From a bacterium (GTDB taxonomy: Bacteria; SAR324; XYD2-FULL-50-16; G965216635): a DNA stretch of 64,000 nt. Positions 40,304 through 50,504 of this stretch are shown piece after piece. Positions within the stretch are counted from its first letter, which is position 1. Every line of letters starts with the position of its first letter. The notes under the pieces are model-generated. The model made no database searches. It had not been told where the DNA came from and saw nothing but the letters and a program-made list of their open reading frames with translations. The stretch covers positions 416,001-480,000 of the forward strand of contig OZ244188.1 of NCBI GenBank assembly GCA_965216635.1, read 5' to 3'. The position numbers and the translations under genes are program-made.

Positions 40304-41532
40304 TTATTGGGTTTTTTTACAGAGTTTAATAAACGTTCTATAACAGCATCGGAAATTTTCTCTTCTTTGTTTTTATCTAAATCTGGCAATAACTTATTAG
40401 CAATATAGTCAAAATAATGAATTTCTTCATTTTTTATTTTGCCAAAAATTCTATAAAATCTAGGGTCATCAATTTCTACAAGAGGGCATTCTTGAGGTTC
40501 TCCTTCTACAAGAAGGCATTCTTTAGGTTCTCCAAAAATTAAAATAGATATAGAAGAATTAGAAGACATTGATTGATAGATAATATTATTTATATGGGCA
40601 TCACTAAAACTATAACCGATAACAAATAATACAGAGTTTGGTAGATTTAGTTTTGTTTGAAATTCCCTAATTAAATCTGAGTATGGTGTTCCTAAGCTTT
40701 GATATTGTTTTAAAGGTGTTGGGTAAATTAAGTGAGATGTACTGTTTTTTATTTCTGAGCTAGGTATTTCTTTAATATCAAATAAAGAGTTACCTGTTTT
40801 TTCAATCCAGTTAATAGAACCGTGCAATTTGTAGAGATACACCATATTTTCTAATGGCTCAAATTTTTCTAAATTAGCATCTATTTTTTTTGAAAAAGTA
40901 TAATGGAATCTTGCAGGATTAAAGACTCTTTCAATCCCACCACCAAATCCATTATTATAGTTTATATTCGAGTCATCTAAAGCTTTTTCATTAAATAAAT
41001 CACTATTAGTTGTAAAAATATTTACTCTTGAAAGATCTTTATTTCTCAATGCAATTTTTTGATAAAATTTTTTGTATACCTCTAAGGTTTTAGAGCATTC
41101 TTTACTTGAAAGATCTTTATTTATTTCTTTAACTATCTTATCTTCTATAGTATGAATAAGATTTTTTACACTACTGAGTTTATTTTCTTTTAGTTCACTT
41201 ATACCTTCTAAGTAATGTTTTTTTGCGTATAATATTTCTAATTTTTTTTCTAAATCCTCATCAGTTTTGATCTTATCAAACAGATTTTTTTGCTCTTCAT
41301 TCTGTTCATTTTTAACTGTTTCTTGTATTTGCGTATACATCTTTTTCATTGTAGGTATGGCAGGTTGGCTCGCTCCAGCACCTAAAAGAAAATTGATATT
41401 TTTTATATTAGAAAGGTCAAGAATCTTTTTTTTTATTGCTTCTATATCATCTTGCGCTTCATTGTTCTCTTTTAGTAAATCTTTTTTTCCTTGAAGAAAA
41501 GATATTTTTTCTTTTTCAGTATTATTGTTCAT
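40300..41532 (-). CDS. SIR2-family NADase (Sir2-HerA antiphage system)
   Basis: LLGAGAS, TTNSD, KLHGS, GYSFSDAHIN motifs; overlaps the herA start. Confidence 0.88.
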   Translation of the reverse strand: MNNNTEKEKISFLQGKKDLLKENNEAQDDIEAIKKKILDLSNIKNINFLLGAGASQPAIPTMKKMYTQIQETVKNEQNEEQKNLFDKIKTDEDLEKKLEILYAKKHYLEGISELKENKLSSVKNLIHTIEDKIVKEINKDLSSKECSKTLEVYKKFYQKIALRNKDLSRVNIFTTNSDLFNEKALDDSNINYNNGFGGGIERVFNPARFHYTFSKKIDANLEKFEPLENMVYLYKLHGSINWIEKTGNSLFDIKEIPSSEIKNSTSHLIYPTPLKQYQSLGTPYSDLIREFQTKLNLPNSVLFVIGYSFSDAHINNIIYQSMSSNSSISILIFGEPKECLLVEGEPQECPLVEIDDPRFYRIFGKIKNEEIHYFDYIANKLLPDLDKNKEEKISDAVIERLLNSVKKPNK

Positions 41533-41708
41533 TATGACTCTTTTTAAATTAAATTTCTTTCAAACCTGCCTTTCATTATAACAGAGAAAAATGAAAATAC
41601 AATTATGATGGTTATTCAGCGGTTGTATTTTATGAGGAGTGCTAGAAACCTCTGAAATAGAATGCAGACTGTTCTTTTTTGTACTCCAAAATTTAGATAG
41701 ATTGTAGC

Positions 41709-42464
41709 TTACTTGGTGGTTTTTAGGTTTTCTAAAATGACTTCAAGCATAAATTCTATGAATGTGGTGCTGTCTTTTTTTTTGTTGGATGTGGCGAGAG
41801 CGTCGTAGTATTTTTGTTGGTGTTTTTTGATTGTGCTTTCAATGGGTAAAAAATAAAAAACTTTTTGCCATCTGCCTAAAATTAAAGTTTGCCATAGCCT
41901 ACCCATTCTGCCATTGCCATCACTAAATGGATGGATAAATTCAAACTCATAATGAAAAACACTGCTACTAATCAGGGGCTGTTCTTTTGTGGATTTGAGC
42001 CAGTTTAAAACATTTTCCATTAGGGCGGGAACGCGACTTGGTTGCGGTGCAATATGAATTGGCTCGCCATTTTTATAGACGCCAATATTATCTCGGCGAA
42101 AATATCCGGCGTCTTGTAAAAGTTCTTGCATCATTATTTTGTGAGTCTCGCATAAACTTTTTATGCTGGCGGGTTGGTATTTTTCTAAGGATTCATAAGC
42201 CTTGATAGCTCCTCGCACTTCTGCAATTTCTCTTTGTGTTCCTTGAACGGGTTTGCCGTCTAAAATCGTGGATACTTGTTTTAAGCTGAGTCTATTGCCT
42301 TCAATAGCCACAGTTCCAGTGATGCTTTTTATGCGGTTTTGTTTTTTAGATTGAGAGGATTGATTGATAGCTTCTACATTGGCACTTTTCAAAATTTGTT
42401 TTATATCTGTGGCTAGTGAGAGAATTTTTTTTGTGATTTTGTAAGGGGGTTGGTAGGTTTTCAC
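41709..42464 (-). CDS. Fic family protein
   Basis: HPFSDGNGRMGR motif. Confidence 0.92.
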   Translation of the reverse strand: MKTYQPPYKITKKILSLATDIKQILKSANVEAINQSSQSKKQNRIKSITGTVAIEGNRLSLKQVSTILDGKPVQGTQREIAEVRGAIKAYESLEKYQPASIKSLCETHKIMMQELLQDAGYFRRDNIGVYKNGEPIHIAPQPSRVPALMENVLNWLKSTKEQPLISSSVFHYEFEFIHPFSDGNGRMGRLWQTLILGRWQKVFYFLPIESTIKKHQQKYYDALATSNKKKDSTTFIEFMLEVILENLKTTK

Positions 42465-42532
42465 TGGGATTTTTTTTTGGTTTTGTGTTGTCTAGCCTTC
42501 TTATAACACCTAGTTTAACAGTCTTTATTATA

Positions 42533-42715
42533 TAGACTTTTGAATTTGCGTTCTGTTTAGCCTATGCAGCTTTGAAAAAAATTTTTAACTCTTGCCATTT
42601 GTGAAGAAATGCTCTTGAGTATTCCTGCGAGCTAAAATTTTTTTTCGCACCTGTTCTAACCATTTGCCTAGCCGTCACAGCTAGTTTTGTCCTATTTGGC
42701 AAATTCAAAGGTTTA
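42533..42715. mobile_element. Palindromic MITE-like repeat, family 1 (longer variant)
   Basis: Same termini; the left half matches 65-204 and the right half matches 31728-31870. Confidence 0.75.
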
Positions 42716-42792
42716 TTATAACTAAAAATAGTGTGGAATTGCAAGAAAATTAGCGGTTGTATTTTGTGGCTAGGACTGGGTAGGTGTTGAAT

Positions 42793-42925
42793 TGGTGGTT
42801 TTTAGGTTTTCTAAAATGACTTCAAGCATAAATTCTATGAATGTGGTGCTGTCGGTTTTTTTGTTGGAAGTGGCGAGAGCGTCGTAGTATTTTTGTTGGA
42901 AGTGGCGAGAGCGTTGTAATATTTT
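42793..42925 (-). repeat. Degenerate copy of the fic 3' end
   Basis: Matches 41713-41820 with an internal duplication. Confidence 0.85.
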
Positions 42926-42944
42926 TATAAAAAATAATCTATAA

Positions 42945-43092
42945 CTAGCTCAATTTTTTTAGAATATGTTTAACAAGATATTTTTTGATTTCTCTATGCC
43001 TTGGAACAGGTTGTGATATTTTTGTTGAGGGATTTTGATACCAATCGTGCTTTGCAGTACACCCTTTGTGTTATCAAGTCTCGCCTTTTCAC
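42945..43092 (-). pseudogene. hicA: Deleted/frameshifted HicA toxin
   Basis: GTG-KRRDLI start overlaps the hicB stop; KHDWYQNPSTKISQPVPRHREIK...KKLS* lies in a different frame. Confidence 0.8.
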
Positions 43093-43286
43093 GCTAGTTG
43101 CAATTCTCCATGGTGTCTCATTGCGGAAATACTGCCACTAGGCAAATCTTGATGAATATCTAGTAAATTTTCTTGCAATTCGTCTAAGGAAATTCCTTGC
43201 GTTATGTAGTCTGGATAATCGTCTAAATATCCAAGCCACATATCCTCGTCTTGCCAATAAGTATAATCCAATGATTTTTTTTCCAT
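43089..43286 (-). CDS. hicB: HicB-family antitoxin
   Basis: YWQD..W.GY...YPD..TQG.SL.EL.ENL pattern. Confidence 0.8.
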   Translation of the reverse strand: MEKKSLDYTYWQDEDMWLGYLDDYPDYITQGISLDELQENLLDIHQDLPSGSISAMRHHGELQLA

Positions 43287-43382
43287 ATTGAATGATTCTA
43301 TAGAATATAGTATATTTCTAGCATAGAATAATAATTCTGTTAAAGCCTTACAAAAAAATTCTTTCCCTAAATCTTTTTTAAA

Positions 43383-45626
43383 ATGATAGCTGAAGTTGTT
43401 TTAAAACTTCCTGTGCAAGAGTCTTTTGATTATATCGTGCCAGAAGATCTTTATGCAAAACACCCTACAAAAAACTTGATTGGCTACCGTGTGATTGTTC
43501 CTTTTCGTGGTAACTTAAAAACAGGTATTGTGGTGGCGATGAAAGAAACTTCTTTGTTTCAAAAGTTAAAATATATCCATAAGTTAGCCGATAATTTTGC
43601 TCTGGTAGATTCAAAATTTATCCGTTTTGCTCGTTGGATTTCTGAGTATTATCTTTGTGGTTGGGGTGAGATTGTTTTTTTATCCTTGCCTAAAAAAATA
43701 GATATTCGCCCTTCCAAATTAAAGGCTTGGAGTAACCCATTGGATAAAATTATTTATCAGGATTATTACTCGCCAACCAAAACTTCTCACTCACCTAAAA
43801 AAAATAGTCTTGCAGAAAAGCTACTGCATTTTATCCAAGCAAAAAAAAAAGTATCGGCTTTAGAATTACGACAAAATTTTCCTAAATCTTCTGTAGTGAT
43901 AAAAAAATTATGGCAAAAAAATATAATAGAAAAAAAATGTGAACGGATAGATTTTGCAGGTGAGGGATTTGATTACGGGTATTCTCTTGCCAGCAACCAT
44001 CCTGTTTTTTTAAATCAGGAACAAACACAAGTGACGCAAAAGTGTCAAAAATGGATTGCTAAAAAAAAATTCCAAACCTGTCTTTTGCACGGGGTAACTT
44101 CTAGTGGGAAAACTGAAATTTATATTTACCTTGCTTGGCTTGTTTTACAGCAAAAAAAATCGGTGCTGGTTCTGATTCCAGAAATTTCTATGACACCGCA
44201 GAATCAAAAAAAATTTAAAGAGTATTTTGGGGAGCTGGTTTGCATTTGGCATAGCGCTCTTACGGATTCTGAAAAATGCAATCAGTGGCTAAAAATTAGG
44301 GATAAGGATTTTTGTCTTGTGCTTGGCACTCGCTCTGCTATTTTTTCGCCATTGAAAAATTTGAAGCTTCTTATTGTGGACGAGGAGCAAGACACTTCTT
44401 TTAAGCAGATGGACAGCCCTAGTTATAATGCGAGGGATTGTGCTATCAAGCTGGCTTTGGAAAATAATGCGCTTGCTCTTTTGGGAAGTGCTACTCCTTC
44501 TTTGGAGAGTTATTACAATAGCAAGAGAGGGAAATACCAACTGCTGCATTTAAAACAAAGATACAAACGGGTTGCTATGCCTAAAGTTAAAATCGTAGAT
44601 TTAAAAACAGAAGCTAATCCTTACGGGATTTTTTATTTGTCGCAAACTCTTCTTACTGCTTTAACAGAAAATTTAAAAAACAAAAAACAATCGGTTATTT
44701 TTTTGAATAGGAGGGGTTTTGCGTCTGTTGTTATTTGCAAGGATTGTCAAAATAAAATGCAGTGTCCTCGTTGTAGTGTGCTTTTGACTTGCCATAGGTT
44801 TATCAAGAAAAATAAGACCGCTTTTGTTTGTCATTACTGTCAGTATAGGTTACAAAAAAATCTTTGTTGTCAAAAATGTTCATCACAAAATTTAATTTCT
44901 AGTGGAGTGGGAACTCAGAAAGTAGAACAAACGCTCCATTCTCTTTTTCCGCAAGCAAATGTTTTACGGCTGGACAGTGATAGTTTTTCTAACCCTTATG
45001 AATTAGAGGAGCATTTTCAAAAAATCCATTCTCAAGAAATAGATATTATTGTCGGCACTCAAATTATTAGTAAAGGACATCACTTTCCTAATATTACTTT
45101 GGCTTGTGTTTTACTGGCGGATATGTTTTTGAATTTGGATAATTATCGCAGCGCCGAATCCGCTTTTCAACTTATTGCACAGGTTGTCGGGCGAGCGGGA
45201 AGAGAAGAAAATAATACAGGCAAAGCAATTATTCAAACCTATTGTCCTGAATCTGCTGTATTAAAATTTGCCGCAAAACAGGATTATGCAGATTTTTATG
45301 AATTTGAAATAGAAAAAAGAAAGCTGCTTTCTCAAGTGCCTTTTTTTAAAAACACTCTTATCCAAGTATCTGCCACTAGTGAATTTTTAGCGAAAAAAAG
45401 TGCTGAAGAAGTGAGCCGAAAATTGCAATCTAAAATCCAAGAAAAAAGCATTACCATTTTAGGACCCACAGAAGCAGTGATTTATAAACTCAGCAACCGC
45501 TTTTATTGGGATATTTTACTGCAATCCAAAGATGGCAAACTTTTGCGTCAAAAAATCAAAGAGGTATATTTTCAAAATATAGCTAAAAGTTATTCCTACC
45601 GCACTCGTTTAATTGTAGATTATTAA
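43383..45626 (+). CDS. priA: Primosomal protein N'
   Basis: GVTSSGKTE, GSATPSLES, NRRG and four CxxC pairs, GRAGR motifs. Confidence 0.95.
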   Translation: MIAEVVLKLPVQESFDYIVPEDLYAKHPTKNLIGYRVIVPFRGNLKTGIVVAMKETSLFQKLKYIHKLADNFALVDSKFIRFARWISEYYLCGWGEIVFLSLPKKIDIRPSKLKAWSNPLDKIIYQDYYSPTKTSHSPKKNSLAEKLLHFIQAKKKVSALELRQNFPKSSVVIKKLWQKNIIEKKCERIDFAGEGFDYGYSLASNHPVFLNQEQTQVTQKCQKWIAKKKFQTCLLHGVTSSGKTEIYIYLAWLVLQQKKSVLVLIPEISMTPQNQKKFKEYFGELVCIWHSALTDSEKCNQWLKIRDKDFCLVLGTRSAIFSPLKNLKLLIVDEEQDTSFKQMDSPSYNARDCAIKLALENNALALLGSATPSLESYYNSKRGKYQLLHLKQRYKRVAMPKVKIVDLKTEANPYGIFYLSQTLLTALTENLKNKKQSVIFLNRRGFASVVICKDCQNKMQCPRCSVLLTCHRFIKKNKTAFVCHYCQYRLQKNLCCQKCSSQNLISSGVGTQKVEQTLHSLFPQANVLRLDSDSFSNPYELEEHFQKIHSQEIDIIVGTQIISKGHHFPNITLACVLLADMFLNLDNYRSAESAFQLIAQVVGRAGREENNTGKAIIQTYCPESAVLKFAAKQDYADFYEFEIEKRKLLSQVPFFKNTLIQVSATSEFLAKKSAEEVSRKLQSKIQEKSITILGPTEAVIYKLSNRFYWDILLQSKDGKLLRQKIKEVYFQNIAKSYSYRTRLIVDY

Positions 45627-45731
45627 AATAAAAATTTGTAAAAATCTTGATTTTCAAGTAAAGTTTTTTTTATAATGAGACTATAGCATAGGTAGTTTTT
45701 TTAGCCTAAGTAAACAGAATTAAATAATTAA

Positions 45732-46403
45732 ATGCTAGAAAAAAATAATAAAATTACTGGTTATTCTTTGTATAGTCCAATAATGAAACAAAGAGTAAAA
45801 GAAAACCCACTACAATTAGATAGTTCAAAATTTCCACAATTACCAAATAAAAAATTTGATATTATTTATGCCGACCCACCTTGGGACTATAATGGCAAGA
45901 TGCAGTTTGATAATTCATTGGTTAAAACAAAAAACATAAACTATAGAAATAATATTTTTGTTAGTTCAGCTTGTTTTAAATACCCTACAATGAAATTAAA
46001 AGATTTATTAGAAATACCAATAAAAAATATATCACACAATAATTGTATTTTATTTATGTGGTCTACAAATCCACACCTGAAACAAGCAATACAAATAGGG
46101 GAATATTGGGGTTTTGAATATAAGACTGTGGCTTTTGTATGGAATAAAATGAACCACAATCCGGGTCAATATACACTATCTTATTGTGAATTATGTTTAT
46201 TATTTAAAAGAGGAAAAATACCTTTACCTAGAGGAGCTAGAAATATCAAACAACTTATAAATATACCAAGAAAGGAACATAGCTTGAAACCAAACGAAGT
46301 AAGAGAAGGCATTGAGAAAATGTTTCCAGAACAAAGTAAAATAGAGCTTTTTGCTAGGCAACAATATAAAGATTGGGAATCTTGGGGATTAGAATCTCAG
46401 TAA
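45732..46403 (+). CDS. MT-A70 family adenine methyltransferase (M.MunI-like)
   Basis: IIYADPPW, HSLKP, IELFAR motifs; convergent with the MunI-like endonuclease. Confidence 0.88.
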   Translation: MLEKNNKITGYSLYSPIMKQRVKENPLQLDSSKFPQLPNKKFDIIYADPPWDYNGKMQFDNSLVKTKNINYRNNIFVSSACFKYPTMKLKDLLEIPIKNISHNNCILFMWSTNPHLKQAIQIGEYWGFEYKTVAFVWNKMNHNPGQYTLSYCELCLLFKRGKIPLPRGARNIKQLINIPRKEHSLKPNEVREGIEKMFPEQSKIELFARQQYKDWESWGLESQ

Positions 46404-46405
46404 CT

Positions 46406-47011
46406 TTATAGTAATATTGGTTTTAATTTGTTATTAAAATGTTGAATTAAAAGCTTACTATCATTTAAGTTTCTCCACATAAAAAAATGATCTTGGTGTT
46501 TTTCAAACCAACAAGTAATTTCTCTTACTCTTTTAGGGTCTCTTGTTATATTCCCGCCAAAAACAATCCAAAAAGGTAGATGTTTTATATTTATTTTTCC
46601 TTTTTTTCTTAAAATATTTAAAAGGCCTGGAGTAAAAAATTTACAAGACCTTTCGTGTGCATTTCCTCTTCCAGCACTTGAGTGCAAACCATCAATCCAA
46701 CCCTCTTGTCTTTTTATTTCAATGTATAAAGTTTTTTTCTTTGCCATATTGTCTATAGCAAAATCTATAGATATTCCGTGAGTGTAATCTCTGTCTGGAT
46801 GATATATTTTTTCTTCAATTTCTTTACTTAATAAAATATTTCTGTAAATATTTTTAAATTCTTTTGGTTTTTTTCTTATTCTAAAATCTTTATTACAAGT
46901 TTTCTTAAATTCATTCTCAAAAGATAAGTAAAAAATATTTTCTAAACTTACCGCTTTTATTCCACTTTCATTTTGCCAATTCTCCCTACCACTTAATTCA
47001 TTTTTTCCCAT
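46406..47011 (-). CDS. MunI-family type II restriction endonuclease
   Basis: MGK.ELSGR.NWQ, EIKRQ.GW, AGRGNAHERSCK, ITRDPKRVREI match my recollection of R.MunI. Confidence 0.85.
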   Translation of the reverse strand: MGKNELSGRENWQNESGIKAVSLENIFYLSFENEFKKTCNKDFRIRKKPKEFKNIYRNILLSKEIEEKIYHPDRDYTHGISIDFAIDNMAKKKTLYIEIKRQEGWIDGLHSSAGRGNAHERSCKFFTPGLLNILRKKGKINIKHLPFWIVFGGNITRDPKRVREITCWFEKHQDHFFMWRNLNDSKLLIQHFNNKLKPILL

Positions 47012-47077
47012 TTTATTGCTATTGATTAAATAAGTTTAATGTATTAGGGTATAATAAACCAAAAGTCTATTTTATTT

Positions 47078-48424
47078 ATGAACAATTTTAGTACCAAAGA
47101 AATCGTAGCCAGAGAAATTATAGCCAAAGAAATTATAGCCAGAGAAATTATAGACTCTAGAGGTTTTCCTACAGTGGAAGTAGAGATGGTGCTAGAGCCT
47201 AATTTTTTAGGAAGAGCAGCAGTTCCTTCGGGAGCTTCTACTGGAAAATTTGAGGCGTTGGAGCTCCGAGATGGCGATAAAAGTTATTTTTTGGGTAAAG
47301 GCGTCAAGCAGGCTGTCAAAAATATTCGCCAAATTATAGCTCCTAAACTTCTGGGTCAAAAAAATCTATCACAACAGGAGCTAGACCAAATTTTGCTAGA
47401 TTTGGACGGCACTGAAAATAAATCCAAACTAGGAGCGAATGCTGTTTTAGGCGTTTCTTTGGCTTACGCTAGGGCTTGCAGTGCCGCTCATAACCTGCCA
47501 CTTTTTTTACATTTAAAAAATCAATTCGCATCGCAATTCAAGTACCAAGTGCAAAATCTTTACGAATTACCAGTGCCTCTCATCAATATACTCAATGGCG
47601 GAGCTCACGCTAATAATAATTTAGATATACAGGAATTTATGATTGTGCCAGCAGGCTTTGATACATTTAAGAGAGCCTTACAAGCGGGTTGTGAAGTTTT
47701 CCATAGTTTAAAAAAAATCTCTAATACTAGAGGTTATAGCACAGCTGTAGGAGATGAAGGAGGGCTTGCTCCTAATTTGTCTTCTAACGAGGAGGCATTA
47801 GAGCTAGTTATGGAAGCGATTGATAGAGCGGGCTATACTGCGGGAAAGGATATTTTTATTGCATTAGATGTAGCTTCTAGCGAATTTTACCAAGACGGCA
47901 ATTATTTTTTTGCCTCACAAAATCAGAGCTCCCAAGAGATGGTGGATTTTTATACAAAGCTAATCAAAAATTTTCCTATTGTAAGTTTGGAAGACGCATT
48001 AGACCAAGAAGATTGGGATGGCTGGAAAATGCTTACTGAAAAAATTGGTGGTTCTTGCCAGCTAGTAGGTGATGATCTTTTTGTTACCAATCCAATAAAA
48101 TTAAAACAAGCGATTGATAAAAAAGTGGGTAATTCTATTTTGATAAAACTCAATCAAATAGGTAGTTTGAGCGAAACAATGGAAACGATCGCCATAGCTC
48201 AAAAAGCAAATTATAGCTGTATTATTTCTCATCGTTCAGGTGAGACGGAGGACACTTTTATCGCAGATTTAGCTGTAGCTACCAATGCTAAACAAATCAA
48301 AACTGGTTCTGCGAGTCGCAGCGAAAGAATTGCAAAATACAACCAACTTTTGCGTATTGAAGAAAAATTAGGTGATAGGGCTATGTTTAGCGGTATGGAA
48401 ATCTACTCGAGACTATTGAATTAG
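47078..48424 (+). CDS. eno: Enolase
   Basis: [36 protein letters not shown] motifs. Confidence 0.98.
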   Translation: MNNFSTKEIVAREIIAKEIIAREIIDSRGFPTVEVEMVLEPNFLGRAAVPSGASTGKFEALELRDGDKSYFLGKGVKQAVKNIRQIIAPKLLGQKNLSQQELDQILLDLDGTENKSKLGANAVLGVSLAYARACSAAHNLPLFLHLKNQFASQFKYQVQNLYELPVPLINILNGGAHANNNLDIQEFMIVPAGFDTFKRALQAGCEVFHSLKKISNTRGYSTAVGDEGGLAPNLSSNEEALELVMEAIDRAGYTAGKDIFIALDVASSEFYQDGNYFFASQNQSSQEMVDFYTKLIKNFPIVSLEDALDQEDWDGWKMLTEKIGGSCQLVGDDLFVTNPIKLKQAIDKKVGNSILIKLNQIGSLSETMETIAIAQKANYSCIISHRSGETEDTFIADLAVATNAKQIKTGSASRSERIAKYNQLLRIEEKLGDRAMFSGMEIYSRLLN

Positions 48425-48553
48425 ACATTCTAGTTCGTTTATACTGCGTTGCAAACGGCACTCGGTTCAGTCATTTATTTTAAATATAAACTCCCTCACC
48501 TCGTTTGTTTGCGCCTTGCCTAAACTTCCTAAAATGCCTAATTCAACAGTCTC
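48409..48553. mobile_element. Palindromic MITE-like repeat, family 2, overlapping the eno 3' end
   Basis: TIRs GAGACTATTGAATTAGACATTCTAG / CTAAAATGCCTAATTCAACAGTCTC; inverted copy at 49146-49269. Confidence 0.75.
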
Positions 48554-48560
48554 TATTCTT

Positions 48561-49124
48561 TCAAAAAAGATAGCTTAGCTCTATAAAAAAAGTTTTAATT
48601 ACGAGAGTGCCATTACCTTTAGGCCACGTGGCAAACGAAGATTGTAAATAGCCCGCTCCGATTTGAATAAATTCCGTAATATTGTAATTGTAGCCTAAGT
48701 TGAAAGCAGTAGCGGCAGAAACGCTAGATGCAGCAGCGGTAAAGCATTTTTTTACTCTTCCTCGCCCGCTACCTAAGCCTACAAAAAAACCTTTATATAT
48801 CCAATCTATAAACAGTAATTCGTTAGATACCGTAACTCCTTCTCCTAAAGACCAAGAGTAAATGGCGTAGGATGTTCTTAAGTGAGATTTTGGAGTAAGA
48901 TAACCTACCCTATAGGCTAGCCCACTATTTATATTTTGGCTGGTTTCGGCTAGACAAGTTTCACCTTGTTTTAATTTAATTTCACCTAAAAAAACTTGGC
49001 GGGGATAGATACTTACGGAAAATCTATCTCTTTCTTGAGCCGAAATAGTATGGAAATCACTACAACAAAAAACCACAAAAGTAATAAAAAGTAGCCTTCT
49101 CAAAAGCACCCATTGAATGGACAT
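48561..49124 (-). CDS. Small beta-barrel outer-membrane protein
   Basis: Signal peptide, amphipathic strands, terminal LSYLF; resembles the conserved core of the large OMP paralogs. Confidence 0.65.
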   Translation of the reverse strand: MSIQWVLLRRLLFITFVVFCCSDFHTISAQERDRFSVSIYPRQVFLGEIKLKQGETCLAETSQNINSGLAYRVGYLTPKSHLRTSYAIYSWSLGEGVTVSNELLFIDWIYKGFFVGLGSGRGRVKKCFTAAASSVSAATAFNLGYNYNITEFIQIGAGYLQSSFATWPKGNGTLVIKTFFIELSYLF

Positions 49125-49145
49125 ATTGTTTAGTCTATTTTATAA

Positions 49146-49269
49146 AATTAGGCATTCTAGGAAGCTTAGGCAAGGCGCAAACAAACGAGGTGAGGGAGTT
49201 TATATTTTAATAAATGACCGAGCCAAGTACCGTTTTCAACGCAGTATAAACGAACTAGAATGTCTAATT
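49146..49269. mobile_element. Palindromic MITE-like repeat, family 2 (inverted copy)
   Basis: Reverse complement of 48419-48543 with a few substitutions. Confidence 0.75.
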
Positions 49270-50372
49270 TAAGTAATAGCAGTCCCTAGCAGTATCAAAA
49301 TATATACTCCCAATAGACTTACTATTCCCACTGCAAGAGCAGTAGATAAGCCAACATAAAAAGGGCGAATTCCTAAATTTTTTAATTGACGTAAATCGGT
49401 GGATAACCCTACTGCAGCCATTGCTATCACAAGACAGATTTCTGCTATTTCTTTAATTTGTTTGATAATCAAAGACCAATTTTCCGAAGTGATAAATCCA
49501 AATGCTGACCCTTGTTGTCCTAGTGTGAAATCTCCTAAACTGCGCAGTATTGAAAAAAGGATAAAGCCAGCAATAAACAGAGGAAAGGCTTGGGTTATTT
49601 TAAAGGATGCTGTGGACGAACTATTTTTCTGATTGCGGTGAAAAAGGTAAGCTAGAAGAGGAATGACAATTGCCATAAAGCTGTTACGAATCAATTTTGT
49701 GAGAGTAGCTGTATTTAAAACAGCTTCGGTTTCAAAAAGTTGTCCGTAGATTAAACCAGCTCCGGCAACTTGGGCTGTCTCGTGAATAGCCGTTCCCAAA
49801 AACAAACCAGCTGCAGCGTAAGAATCGCCAAAGAGCCAGTGGGCGAGGTAAGGATAGGCGAGCATTGCAAGAATACCAAAAATAGTAATATTGGCTACGG
49901 CGTAAGCAATTTCTTCTTTTTTCGCTCCAATGATAGGAGCAGTAGCCAAAATCGCAGTAGCTCCACAAATGCTACTACCGACAGCAATAAGGGACGCCAT
50001 ACGAGTAGAAATATTGCAAATTTTAGCAAAGAAAAAACTTATTACCAAAGCTATTGCAATACAAGAGGCAACCAAAGGAACGCCTAAAACTCCTAATTGA
50101 AAAATATCTCCCAAGCTCAAGCGAATGCCTAAAAAAACTATTCCGAGTCTGAGAATAAATTTTAAGGAAAATTGAGTTCCGCTACTAAAGATGGCTGGAA
50201 AAAAAATATTTCTCAAAATAATGCCCAATAAAATAGCGAGCATAATAGGAGATATAGGGCTTTTGCCAAAGTTTAGTAAATCTTTACCAATCCAATCAGC
50301 TAATAAAATTCCTAGCCAAGCAAGCGCCACACAAAGTGCAACCCCCGGTATTTTTTGAAAAAAAGAGTTCAT
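49269..50372 (-). CDS. YeiH/UPF0324 family membrane protein (putative sulfate exporter)
   Basis: GSSICGATAI and GTAIHETAQV motifs. Confidence 0.88.
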   Translation of the reverse strand: MNSFFQKIPGVALCVALAWLGILLADWIGKDLLNFGKSPISPIMLAILLGIILRNIFFPAIFSSGTQFSLKFILRLGIVFLGIRLSLGDIFQLGVLGVPLVASCIAIALVISFFFAKICNISTRMASLIAVGSSICGATAILATAPIIGAKKEEIAYAVANITIFGILAMLAYPYLAHWLFGDSYAAAGLFLGTAIHETAQVAGAGLIYGQLFETEAVLNTATLTKLIRNSFMAIVIPLLAYLFHRNQKNSSSTASFKITQAFPLFIAGFILFSILRSLGDFTLGQQGSAFGFITSENWSLIIKQIKEIAEICLVIAMAAVGLSTDLRQLKNLGIRPFYVGLSTALAVGIVSLLGVYILILLGTAIT

Positions 50373-50504
50373 TGATTTTTTGTTGTAGGTTATGGTTTAG
50401 TTTTTTTCTATTATGCAGGATAATAGAATTATTAAAAAACTATTCTTAATATTTCTAGCAAGATTAAATTTAGTTGTCAATCTATAAAATTCTCTAAAAT
50501 GAGT

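Noticed and set aside
42562..42744. 60-aa ORF and the other short antisense ORFs in the track
   Set aside because: They lie within a palindromic repeat or antisense to well-supported genes; no motifs
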